Part shown: positions 14,700 through 25,673 of the stretch, piece after piece | How positions within the stretch are numbered: position 1 is the stretch's first letter | How the letters are laid out: every line of letters starts with the position of its first letter | Assembly: GCA_002633005.1 (NCBI GenBank) | Contig: NMRA01000304.1 | Location: 151,200 to 215,199 of the forward strand | Length of the DNA: 64,000 nt | Source: Phoronis australis | Taxonomy: Eukaryota > Animalia > Phoronida | Direction of reading: 5' to 3' | Notes under the pieces: model-generated | Database searches by the model: none | What the model saw: the letters and a program-made list of their open reading frames with translations, nothing else | What the model was told of the DNA's origin: nothing | Made by a program: the position numbers and the translations under genes

Positions 14700-14895
14700 T
14701 CAGTAATGTCTGCTGTTAGCCTGGTGTAGGAAAGTCATGCTAGGGAGTGTGATGCTGGTGTGTATACATGGGCAGCGCAGCGCCCCCTAGCCCCATAATG
14801 GTACGCCGTCCATGAACTTGCCAGTATTATCTGCTGTTAGCCTTGTGTAGGCAAGCCATGCAGGGGTAGATTGATGCTGGCGTGCAGTTATTCTG
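14700..14895 (+). repeat. Two degenerate copies of the preceding exon 3' end plus donor site
   Basis: CTGCTGTTAGCC(T/TT)GGTGTAGG.AAG.CATGC.AGGG copies exon GCTGCTAGCCTGGTGTAGACAAGCCACGCAGGG|GTAAGATAGTGCTGG. Confidence 0.85.
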
Positions 14896-15331
14896 TGAAC
14901 TAGTAGAAAAGAAAATAGCAATGCCAAAACATGACCCCTAGTTTGGGCCATAATTCCGACCTATGTGGCCTGCACTCATGTGATGCTAGTCAGGTGTTGG
15001 ACCGCCTGCAATGTTTGTTTTTAGGGACATGATTGGTTTTTTACCCAAGAAGGACTAAAGTGCATACGCCAACCAGCTGTTCTAGCGCTGTTCAATGTAG
15101 AAAAGTGAACTAGCTAGCAATTTAACGCAACAACTAACAATGAATTCAATGACATAAAATATATGACAAACAATAAGTGGTGTCGGAATTTTTGGAAGCA
15201 AGGTAAGGTTTCGAAATTTTGTAAAAATGCTAGACTTTTCCTTGTTTTATTCTTAAATCACAGGGTACTCATGTTTATGTGAACGTCTTGCTTTAAAAAT
15301 TACCTCTCAAGGCGTCCGTTTTATTTTGCAG

Positions 15332-15412
15332 GTACAAATCCGTAGATGTCAAGAATTTTACCACTAGCTTTAGGAGTGGACTGGCATTCAACGCTCTCAT
15401 ACACAGATTCCA
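15332..15412 (+). CDS. Dys: Dystrophin exon (CH2), YKSVDVKNFTTSFRSGLAFNALIHRF
   Basis: ttttgcag acceptor, gtatgc donor, 81 nt, phase 2-2. Confidence 0.94.
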
Positions 15413-16098
15413 GTATGCACTTTTTTAAGTTATTTCACTTAATGACAGGCATTACTTACTTTTGAGCATCAAGGTATAATTTTTTATTCAGGCTCACTAT
15501 AAATGTTGCTGTCAGTCTGATCCTCTTTACTGTCTGTTTAGTTCTCTGCGCAACTTCTAACATCTGGGCTACATCAGTATAAACATTTACCAATGTGTAT
15601 ATTGCGATGCGATAACTCGTGTTAATGGAAAAGCTATTTTTTACAGAATTGGTTTCAGTGTCTGCTATGGTGAACTATTAATTAAGTAAAAAAAACTCAG
15701 GAAAGCATTAAGATTCCGCTATTTCCTTTCCTATTTCGTTTACAATTTGGCGCAGACGGATTTTTTTCACATTTGACCCACCGGAATGTACATTAAGAGA
15801 ATATTTCTTCAGCATGGTCACTGTGTTGTAGAGTTGTCACGAAACAATATTCGACTTTTCTTTTAATTATCTGTAGTAGTGCTGTAGTCACTCTTTGAAA
15901 TTTTTAAATTGAAAATTGCTCCAACAATTTTTGCGTGATGTTACTGAGCAATTCCTCCATTCAAAATTTCTGTTAATTTTTACCGAATAAATTATGATCT
16001 GTTTATAAACATCTTTTGCATGGCAGATAATGCGATTTGATCATGTGACTAGTTGCCAGGAACATCCCATGTACAGGTGTGTTATCGTTGCGTTACAG

Positions 16099-16214
16099 CC
16101 CACACCTGTTTAATTACGAAGAGTTACTGCATAAGGATGCAGACGCCTGCCTGACACACGCCTTCAATGTTGCTAACCAACACTTGGGTATAGACAAACT
16201 GTTGGATCCTGAAG
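16099..16214 (+). CDS. Dys: Dystrophin exon (CH2), HPHLFNYEELLHKDADACLTHAFNVANQHLGIDKLLDPE
   Basis: ttacag acceptor, gtaagg donor, 116 nt, phase 2-1. Confidence 0.95.
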
Positions 16215-17167
16215 GTAAGGGAGAGGAATATGTGTATCAGTGTTGAAAAGATTTTCTGGAATCTACACAGCTTCTCATGTGCTTAAAACCAATTGCTTTT
16301 GGGAAGGATCAATGCTCTCCACAATAGAAAATTCATTCTTGACAGGAATTACAAAAGTTCAAGTACATATTTAGAGGTCCACATTCATCCTAACGAGGAG
16401 TTGCTTGCAATAAGTGCGCTGAACTCGGGTGACATAAGTACAAATTTGCGGAAGAAATTAGTTATCTCCCAAAAAGTTCAAACTCTCGTTAGGTTTTCAA
16501 ACTTGACACAAGTTAGCCAAAACCATAGGGGTGAAAATCAAAGTCATTGCTGTGACGAGTCAAATCAGGTTGTGGAGGTCACCAGTCAGGATGTGGGGCA
16601 GCAGAACTCAAAAGTTAATTTAAGGAATCTGTCTTGCGACTTTTCCATAAAGTCGCTGTATTGATTATATCATCTCAAAATTCTATTCTTGAGCATATTG
16701 CTCAACAGTGGTTAGGATAATTCTTTGTCTAGATTCATTTTCATGTTTGTTTTGCACTCTTAGTTTAGTCTGAAATTACTGCACTTCCCTTTGTAAATGT
16801 CATGTAAGTTAGGCAGTAGTATAGCATGGCACATGTAAATATAGCTGTAGTCATTTCATTGATGTTGGATAACAACTGGGAGGCATTATGTAGAGTAGTA
16901 ATTTAGAAAAGATTACAGTCATTGAGATCATGTTAGTGAAAGGTGAGCATTTGTGAACATGTTTACGTAAGCGTAGACTAGCAAAATGGCTGCTTCTGAA
17001 ACGATTTGTTGGCAAGGTTGGATTATGGATGAAAATTCAGTTTCCATTCCATAAGCCAAGATTTTTTGCCACAAATGTCTCACGAGTGTCGTGTCTTGGA
17101 ACGCACCCTAGGAAAATCTAAATCTCAACGGCTTCAGGCAAACAACGCGTAGTTTAATACATTTCAG

Positions 17168-17316
17168 ATGTGAACACTGATAAGCCCGACAAGAAATCCA
17201 TCATGATGTATTTGATGTGCTGTTACCAAGTTCTGCCTCACTCCAGTATAGTTCTCGAGAAGAAGGACGTGCTGGCCACTGAACTGGAAGAAGGGACACC
17301 TAGTGGCAGGCAGCAG
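17168..17316 (+). CDS. Dys: Dystrophin exon (CH2 end and hinge 1), DVNTDKPDKKSIMMYLMCCYQVLP...GRQQ
   Basis: tttcag acceptor; CAG|gtatct donor gives phase 0, matching the next exon. Confidence 0.9.
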
Positions 17317-18018
17317 GTATCTAACGTTAGGTATTCTGTGATGCACTCTCACGAGGAATAGGGCTGTGGATTGTCATGCGCCACGTGGTACTTACCCACA
17401 ATGCCATACTTCTGGCTGGCTGCTTTTCCACTGTTGGTCGTTATCTTATTTCAAAAGTTGAAAGAGGGGCAGATATACACTAATTTCTGTGGGTGAACAT
17501 TGTTTATTTTGCCTTTCAAATTTTCTGTCCTGACTCAGAAAATAGGTCAGTCCTAAATTACGTTTTCTGCCTTTGCAAAACGGGATAGCTCAGTTCTGGT
17601 CGGTGCTGCTGTCAGAAGTGTTTAAAATTAATGGACCAAATTTTGTTCTAAAAATCCACATGAGATGAGCCAAAGAAAAGAAGGTAAAGACATCGCGCTG
17701 AAACAGATACGGGCAGGCAGTTCTTTTTCTTTGAGTAATGAGACACTGGTTTCAGATTGAGTGGAGCACAGACCAAAACCAACTATGTTTTGTTTCCTTA
17801 CTTTTGGGTTCATTCAGAGTAAACATAGTTCAGCAGATCCCAACATGTCCCACAATGCATCAATGTGGAATGCTTTATAAGTAGACATTCGGGTCTGCCC
17901 CTGTAACATCAAGTCACTGCATAAATCAAAATAATAAATCAACTGTGTTACACAATTATTAAGTTCTATGTCAAGGTTCCCTGTGTGTAAATAACATGGT
18001 TGATTTTATGTCTTTCAG

Positions 18019-18159
18019 AGCGACGTTGACACCAAGACATTCAACAAGTCATTAGAATCAGTGTTGGCCTGGCTACTCCAGGCCAAGGAGACACACACTC
18101 AACACGGGGAGATAGGCAGTGAAGTACAGTTGGTTAAGGATCAGTTTCATCAGCATGAG
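18019..18159 (+). CDS. Dys: Dystrophin exon (R1 helix A), SDVDTKTFNKSLESVLAWLLQA...VKDQFHQHE
   Basis: tctttcag acceptor, gttagt donor, 141 nt. Confidence 0.94.
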
Positions 18160-18461
18160 GTTAGTGTATCCAGTGATGCGAAGGTGGAGTGGGAACGGCT
18201 GGAATAGGGTGACCAAGCATTCAGGATTGACTAGAGTTGGCTAGGATTGGCTGGTGAATGCCGGCCCCACTCACCTAGTATGTGTGGCTGGCACCGAAAT
18301 ATAGCCGGGGTCAAAGACCTGTGAGAACCAATTACCACACAGCCAAGAAAATGCATGTCCATGTTTATTTACGCATGTCGCTTGTCAGTAGCCTTGGGCT
18401 TTGATTACACTGAAAGTACAAATGAACCATTGCTTTAGCAAGTCTATTCTTACTCTTGCAG

Positions 18462-18643
18462 GAGTTCATGATGGAATTGACAAGGCACCAGGACAGGGTT
18501 GGCAATGTTCTACAGGAGGGCAACTTCTTGATCAGCGAGGGAACCATCAGTAAAGAGCAGGAAGACGAGATACGGTTACAGATGAGTGTACTCAACAACC
18601 AGTGGGAGGAGCTTCGGGTCAATGCTATGGACAGGCAGGGAAG
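18462..18643 (+). CDS. Dys: Dystrophin exon (R1), [20 protein letters not shown]...[13 protein letters not shown]
   Basis: cttgcag acceptor, gtacgc donor, 182 nt (same size as human exon 11). Confidence 0.96.
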
Positions 18644-18649
18644 GTACGC

Positions 18650-18925
18650 TTACCGTGTGACTAAACAGTTTCTGGATAAAAGGGTTGTTCACATGAGTAA
18701 ATAGTTGCTGGATAGGAAGAGCATGATGTGAAGATGGGATGAGGTGTACACATGACTATTTAGCTTATGGATAAAAAGGATGACTTTTGTGTAAAGATGT
18801 GGATAGGGTGTTCATGTGATTAAATAGCTTCTTGTTAAGTAGGACTTGGTGTGAAAGTGAGGATAGCGTGATTATGTGGCTAAATAGTTCCTGGATAAGA
18901 AGGACATGTTTGGGAAAACTGAGAC
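18650..18925 (+). repeat. Degenerate ~55-bp tandem array abutting the donor site
   Basis: Repeated (CATG/GTG)AC/TTAAATAGTT.CTGGATAAGAAGGA...GTGAAAG.GGAT units, about 5 copies. Confidence 0.65.
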
Positions 18926-19147
18926 TATAGTATGTTTAACTGACTGCAGGTTATGTGTGTAGTAATGCAGACATATTGTTCCTCTCTTGTTAATCGACTC
19001 TTTTATGTCTGACATTTTGAAGAGTACGTCAGTAATGCAGTGCATTTTTGTACGTCCTCGAAAGAGGAGAGTTCAATTTTGTATGGGCCCATTAATGGAT
19101 GTAAGTAAAAGTATTGTCGTTAACACGGCCACCATCTCTGCCACCAG

Positions 19148-19292
19148 ACTGCAGCAGGTGTTGATGGAGCTTCAGCAAGACCAGCTGGATGCCCTGGCCA
19201 ACTGGCTGACTGAGGTGGAGAACCACATTGACAGTCACTCCACTCTGGCCACAGATCTGGACAATATACGCAAACAGGTGCACGCTCATAAG
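19148..19292 (+). CDS. Dys: Dystrophin exon (R2), LQQVLMELQQDQLDALANWLTEVE...QVHAHK
   Basis: ccaccag acceptor, gtgagt donor, 145 nt, phase 2-0. Confidence 0.94.
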
Positions 19293-19946
19293 GTGAGTAC
19301 ACACCACGAACATAGGACTGCCCTATGTCTCGAGGCACGTTTAGTCAACATGTACACTTAATAATAAAAATGACTGGAGTGAATTATTTTATGAGCACAT
19401 TGCGAATATAAGGCATCAGCGAATTCCAGATGTAGATATCAATCTAATCTATTGCTGGGTGTTCTAGTAGTCTTATGTAGGACTCCTCACACTGCTTCAG
19501 TTAAGAGGAACTTAGATCAGTGTTAGTGACACTCATTGTTGGTGTCATTAGCGTGTCTTGTACAAATCAAGGTGCTGTGAAGCGTGCCGAAATATTTGAT
19601 AGGTTGTTGTTGCTACTTTCCTGCTGTGTAGTGGTCATCATTAAGAATGGACATTCTGAGCCTGTGCAAATAAAATGTGCTAGGAAAACGTTAATTTTTC
19701 AGAGAACTGCTTTTTTGTTTTGTTTTGTGAGATTTAAATATTTAATGGTAATTCTGAGAAAAGAAAATTACTTGCTAGTTTTCAACGTCTGGCACATTTT
19801 AAAACTTCTAACTGTTATCATGATTTTTAAACATCAAATTGAACATTTGTTGTGGCAGTTCATTTAAACTTTCATCCATGTAACTGTTGAATGAATGCAT
19901 CTGATTCATTAACTCCAAACTCCATATTGTTTTTGGTTTTCATCAG

Positions 19947-20034
19947 GAATTGCAAGAACGTCTTGAGGATCAACAAGAGAAAGTCAACAGTCTTCAAAAC
20001 ATGGTTGTGGTCGTCGATGAAAACTCAGACAGTG
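19947..20034 (+). CDS. Dys: Dystrophin exon (R2), ELQERLEDQQEKVNSLQNMVVVVDENSDS
   Basis: ttttcatcag acceptor, gtgtgt donor, 88 nt; conserved MVVVVDE. Confidence 0.93.
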
Positions 20035-20543
20035 GTGTGTATCCGCAACTATATTGAGAACCGTTTAGATAATTATGACTATTACTTTGGAACATCCTGC
20101 ATAATTTTGTAACGCTCATTAAGTATCAAGTAGTGTAATTGGACATTAAGTTAGTGGTTCTTGTTACCAATGGTTATTGCTGTGGTCAGAATGAACGTTG
20201 TAGCTGTTATTTTTTGTTCAATAAATTGCTTCATCCTTATTTTGTCTTACTTTGAAGTTGGACATTTTTGACCCACCAATATAGTGCTCGCTCTAACAAT
20301 TAGTACTTAGAACTTTCTACCTTTTTGTGTGATTATAGAATCACGACATAGTGTGCAAGTTTGGAGTTGTGCTGTGTGCGAAATTGCTTTTAAGGTTACC
20401 AGTTTCTGTATCGTCTTAGAATCCCTGAGTTAGTAGTAGTAGTCCCTATTCCTAGTTTATAAGGTTAGCATAAGTATGGACGAGTGCGGCACTATACCTT
20501 TAAATCTCACCGGTAGTTACTAGATTTCCATTGTTACCACCAG

Positions 20544-20782
20544 CTTATGAGACTCTAGAACATCAGCTGGAGGTTCTGGGAACTCGTTGGGCAGCGGTCT
20601 GCAAGTGGACAGAAGAACAGTGGGTGGTCCTGCAGGACCTTCTCAACAAATGGCAGTTGTACAACGACGAGAGGAAGATCTTCAACTCTTGGCTCGTAGA
20701 CAAGGAAGAGGTGTTGGGAAGGATGAGACTAGTGGACATGGGCGATCCCAAGGAAGTGGTGAAGCAGTTGAAGAATTTGAGG
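20544..20782 (+). CDS. Dys: Dystrophin exon (R2/R3), AYETLEHQLEVLGTRWAAVCKWTEEQW...QLKNLR
   Basis: caccag acceptor, gtaggt donor, 239 nt, phase 1-0. Confidence 0.94.
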
Positions 20783-20840
20783 GTAGGTGTGGCTGATGAA
20801 GATATGGGCAATATTAGGGCAGGTAGGGAATTATGTGGTT

Positions 20841-21320
20841 GAGAAAAGGTGTTGGAAAGGGTAAGTCTAGTGGGCATGTGTGATCTCAAGGAAATGGTGA
20901 AGGAGTTGAAGAATATGAGGCTTGGTGTGGCTGATTTAGGTATTGTCTAGGAGGATTTTTGGGAAATATGAGATTAGTAGACATCAGAGATGCTTATGGA
21001 ACAGGTGAAACAGTTGAAGAATTTGAAAGTAGGTTTGGTTCATCTAGGGTGTAATGGTGGGGGTACTTAGGTCGAGAAGAGGTGTTGGGATTGACGCGAC
21101 TGGTTGGCATGGGAGATCCAAAGTAAGTCATAAAGCGGTTGAAGAATTTGAGGGTATGTGTGTCTGATCTAGGATCTAGTGTGGGGAGATGGGAGATGAA
21201 AGTGAAGCAGTGAAAGAATTTGATGGTAGTTGTGATTTCCTAAGGTGTAGTGAGAGAAGGTGGGGGATCCTAAGCATGTGAGAAGTTGTTAAAGAATTTC
21301 AGAGAAGGTGTTGGTGACAT
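20841..21320 (+). repeat. About five degenerate copies of the preceding exon 3' end plus donor site
   Basis: GAAGAGGTGTTGGG...TGAAGCAGTTGAAGAATTTGAGG|GTAGGTGTGGCTGAT echoed at ~20841, ~20950, ~21074, ~21190 and ~21255. Confidence 0.9.
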
Positions 21321-21820
21321 TCAATGGAAATGATATGAATTTGTGCAGAACTTTTTGCTCACTTTTTTCATTTTCCATATTTTTATTTAATGGCGGTATA
21401 TTGCAGAGGCAACAAAGAGTGCTACCATGCTGAGGCAACTTTTTTGAATATCATTCATAAAACTGCGTCTCAAAACCAAGCACCTTTTCACCAAGTTGCA
21501 GAATTTTGATTTGACAGATGAAGCAGTAGCAGTTTTCAGACATGACGTAGACATTTCCATTCTGCTATAGGCAAATTGTTTGCGATTAAATGACATGTTA
21601 ACAGAAGTAGTTCCTCTTATCTATTTTAGTTACAGTAATTCTATTCATGACTCAGTGGTTGTTTAGTCACTTTGCCCTTTCGGGTATTATTATAGCCAAA
21701 GCTATTCTTGATGATGCTGTTTTCCAACTCCTCTTTAATACCTCAGCCCTCTCTTTGTCTCTGCCATCCCCCTGGTGGTAATGGGTTAACTTCATCATAA
21801 CCTATGACCTCTCACTGTAG

Positions 21821-22003
21821 TCCATAGAACAAGACATGGACACCCAGATGCAGCGGTTCAGCCGGCTCAGCTCCACGGGGCAGCAAATCCTAGAGAATGC
21901 CAGGGGTGACGCAAAAGTAACAGAGGAGGTCAACACACAGCTAGAAGAGTTCCGCGACCGTTGGGAAAGCCTTGTGCAACAGATGGATTGTATGAGCCGA
22001 GAG
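21821..22003 (+). CDS. Dys: Dystrophin exon (R3), SIEQDMDTQMQRFSRLSSTGQQIL...RWESLVQQMDCMSRE
   Basis: ctgtag acceptor, gtagtc donor, 183 nt. Confidence 0.92.
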
Positions 22004-22228
22004 GTAGTCTGTAGGCTAAGTAACTAGTGTGAGATTAAATAACTCATTCTAATGAAAATTTCTCTTTTCTTTCCAGTGCTAAGATCTTTTAATCTGTCCT
22101 AGGCTGCTTTTTATCCTCTTATGTTTACCTAATTTACACTTTCTTTGACAATTGAGTAATCAGGCTTATTTTCAAAAGACAACTTGGCAAATAGAATCAG
22201 GTGTCATGTTTTGTCTTTTGTTCTTCAG

Positions 22229-22501
22229 ATCAAACAGTCTGGGTTTGACCTGCCCAGTTTACTAGAAGCAGAAGACATGGTTCTGGAAACTTCCATTGAG
22301 TCGTCCTCTGCATTCACGTACTCATCGTCACTGCCCAAGAAGGCGCGCGTTGAGAGTCGACTGAGGCCCGAGTTTGATGCCAATGTGCAGGTACTCTGTG
22401 ACTGGCTGGACCAGACCGAGTCTAGCCTGGAGTTACTAACCAAAGAGGGAGCCACTGCAGAAGAACAGTATACTTTGGAAGAACAGGCTGTACTTGTCAA
22501 G
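22229..22501 (+). CDS. Dys: Dystrophin exon (hinge 2 and R4 start), IKQSGFDLP...LPKKARVESRLRPEFDANVQVLCDWLDQTE...VLVK
   Basis: ttcttcag acceptor, gtacaa donor, 273 nt. Confidence 0.92.
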
Positions 22502-23211
22502 GTACAAACTTGTTCTTAATTGGTCGAAATGTCAGTCATGTTCAGTGTAATGTTTTCATGAAGGTACTGTTAGAAATGCCTCAAAAACATTGTTCATCGA
22601 ACCTTTACAAAGAAATAATATAGTTATAATGACATGCTGGAGAAAATGAAGTTTGATGTTACACTAAAAATAAAATTTTATTTGTAATAACCTTGAACAC
22701 TACATTAATTGTGAACCGTCAATATTTAAATTGTATTCTACTTGTTATTAATGTATCATTTTCCCCTCTGAAGTTTATATTTTAAACGGCAAGTATAGTT
22801 TGACATTTTATTTTTTCAACGCGCTGGTTATTCATTCCCATTTAATCAATGCAATGAATGCAAGGGTTTTAGCTGTCTGTAGAGTCAGGTTTAAACTATG
22901 GCTATTATGGCAGATATTTGAGCATTGTCAAAGTACCTTTTACTCTCACAGCTGCTCCTACTCTCTTGGTCTCAGCATTGGTTGTATGTAAGACAATTTT
23001 TGTTAACTAGGAGGTAATGCAAATGCGGTTTTCGGGGATTAGCCAATATTTATTTGCTCTCTTTTCACAACCGATGAATTATGACCAAAATTTTGATGCC
23101 TGCAGAATAGTGCAATTGTGTGGAATAACATCTCAGTACTGTAGACGCTTGCCATACATTGTTTACATGGTAGCGATTATTGCATTAAATGAAAATGAAT
23201 GGTACCTTTAG

Positions 23212-23400
23212 GATATCGAGAATGAGGTTGAAAACCACATGCCTGGCTTCGAGACAATGCAGCGTGTCGGCAAACTGTTGAAAGAAGAGCTGGAAAACAC
23301 AGGCGAGTCGAGTGATGACATCTCAAAGACGTACACGGAGGTGGAGTTGCGCTGGAATTCGGTGCTTCTACTCCTGAACCAGACACAGCAGGATGTGCAG
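23212..23400 (+). CDS. Dys: Dystrophin exon (R4), DIENEVENHMPGFETMQRVGK...RWNSVLLLLNQTQQDVQ
   Basis: cctttag acceptor, gtttgt donor, 189 nt. Confidence 0.9.
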
Positions 23401-23680
23401 GTTTGTGTCTTTGTGTCAGAGAGCAATGTAGGCACATCTTATATGTGAATGCCAACTAAAAGAGGGACATCGTGTGAATGAAGAGTGCTGATTGGCTAAC
23501 ATCACTCTGCTTTAAAGCAGCATCTTCAAATCCCCTTTTTACCACTAAATTAACTTAATTAGTTTTAGGAAAAAGTATTTAGTTTTTTAGCATCCAATAT
23601 TGCAAACTTTCTGTAACTTTTCATTACAGATACCCTATTGAATTAAATTTTGAACTCTCATATATTGTTAATATGTTAAG

Positions 23681-23821
23681 GTGGCCATTGGCACCAAACA
23701 GTTCAACGATGAGCTAAACACGGTGCAAGAGATACTGTCGAGCTACGAGAAGTGGGCAGGGTCAGCGGAAAAGATCGCAGAAGAAGCAGCTGAAATAACC
23801 AAGCAACTGGAACAATGTCGG
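23681..23821 (+). CDS. Dys: Dystrophin exon (R5), VAIGTKQFNDELNTVQEILSSYEKW...QLEQCR
   Basis: Weak ttaag acceptor, gtactt donor, 141 nt, phase 0-0. Confidence 0.87.
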
Positions 23822-24039
23822 GTACTTGGCGAAATTTTGACAAAGCTAGACTACTTGACATTTATTGTGTTAACATTGGTGTTCTTAATATGTACGCAAA
23901 AACAATGATCTGTCTTGTGCAGGTGTTCCGTACAGTTTAACACACTGTTTCTCTTGTGTCGGTAAACTCTGATGCCTGAAGTTGGTGTTTTGGCATCTGG
24001 TTTATAGAAATGGCCGGAATCCTGACTTTGGTTACAAAA

Positions 24040-24690
24040 GCCAATTTTGATTCAGACCACTTCAGTTATGAAACTGGTCTCCAATTGTTCCTTATTCAAA
24101 ACAGAGATGTGGTTTCTTGGTTTAGAAAGAACTGGCAGTTTGTTATTGCGTAAGATTATTCTTCTGTCATGGCATATCATTTTGTTAACCAAACTGTCAG
24201 CTCTGTGCTAGACGAAAATTGATTTTTCGTTGAGACCAATTTTATAGTGGTACATGGTCTAAATCAAAGTATATTTTTTTGACAGAATACATGTTTATTG
24301 CTGCTTTAAATATTGATTGGGGTTTGTCTATTTTCAGTTGAAACTGAAAGCAATGAAGTCTCATGAAGAGCGGGTAGACCGACTCAGTGAACTTGCTAAG
24401 GAACTGGCGGAGAAAGCACCCAAAGTCTGTGAACAATTGGACGAGTTCAACCAAAGATGGGACGATACTTTCACTAAAATAGGTGATTTGATGTTGATTA
24501 CTTTATAGTCGATGATTTTTAGCATTATTGCTTTAAAGACTACAAACCTGCATTCCATTCAAGATGCGAACTTTTGGTTGAGACCAATTACTACTTCAAA
24601 ATTGGTCTCGACTTGGTCTTTACTTTGATGGGAAGTGGTTTTTGGGATTGCGAAGAACTGACAGCTCACTATTCATTGAGACTGTGCTTG
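24040..24690 (+). repeat. Dispersed repeat fragments flanking an exon (~24040-24170 and ~24575-24690; related copy ~42140-42240)
   Basis: Shared (A)ATTGGTCTC.A..TG.TCCTTA.T...GTGGTTT.TTGG.TT.GAA.GAACTG(G/A)CA. Confidence 0.55.
24338..24482 (+). CDS. Dys: Dystrophin exon (R5), LKLKAMKSHEERVDRL...FNQRWDDTFTKI
   Basis: ttttcag acceptor, gtgatt donor, 145 nt, phase 0-1. Confidence 0.92.
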
Positions 24691-25658
24691 GCGTATAAAA
24701 TGACACGCCAAAACAAGTCAACTTGTACAGGCTGGTCTTAAGCAACAGTTTCTTCGAAGGTCTGAAATTGTCTCATATTTGACTAAGAAGCACACTGAGA
24801 CCCAATGGTAAGTGGTCTTAATCAAAATTTGTTTTTGGTGATAGAAGGCGGATTCATGGCCACTTCCAATTTTTGTTTAAACTTTTGCATCCATTAATCA
24901 CTCTAGTTTGTTCAAAGGCATCTGTAGTGTGTTTTGGATGCCCACGAATCTGAATAAAACTAAATAAAAACAGTATGAAAGGTTTAATGTACCGGATGCC
25001 TCCAAAATGAATGTCCACCTGGACTTAGTATAACCATGGGCAACTAGACTTGTTTACGTGCATTATGTTAGAACCTAGTTCTTCTGACAAATGCTGCCAT
25101 GTCCCACAATAATAGTCATACCAGTTGAAGCACCTTGGATTGTGTCTTATGCCGTCAGAGTGCAAGAATCGATCTTGTGTGACATTACATTGTCTGTGTT
25201 TGCATTCCACTTTCGTAATTTAAATTAGGAAATGTGTGATAATAATTGGTTTCGATACTTCTTTTAAAAATTGCCTGTGCTCAACGCAGTTGTCCATGAC
25301 TACTGTGCATTAAAGTCCCACACAACCCCAATTAGGTCAATCTGAAATCGAAAACTTCAAACTACAATAAATTAAGCAAGCAACGATGAATCTCGCCAGT
25401 TCTCTCAACCTTCACACTGTACATGCCATTGTCATTGGTATTTCGGAATATTTCCTCGCCAAATTAAAATTTAGTTGCGAAGGGTTCCACCTCAGAGCAT
25501 GAAGGTAGTGCTTCATTGCTTCATGTGGCTTAATGGTTTTTTTTCTGTCATTGACCTGATTCCGTGATTTTCCCATTGGCATGATTGTGTGACATTCCCA
25601 TTGTCATAAATTGTGTTTAATGTTGCATGGCTGAAGTCATTTGTCTTTTGTTGTTCAG

Positions 25659-25673
25659 ATGTCTTGATTCCAG
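25659..25673 (+). CDS. Candidate 15-nt microexon (adds DVLIP)
   Basis: gtcttttgttgttcag|ATGTCTTGATTCCAG|gtactc; phase 1-1 matches the host intron; no stop; TGCATG at 25624. Confidence 0.5.

Noticed and set aside
17818-17880. Possible missing hinge-1 exon (SKHSSADPNMSHNAS...) after a ttcag
   Set aside because: It runs into TAA with no credible phase-0 donor.
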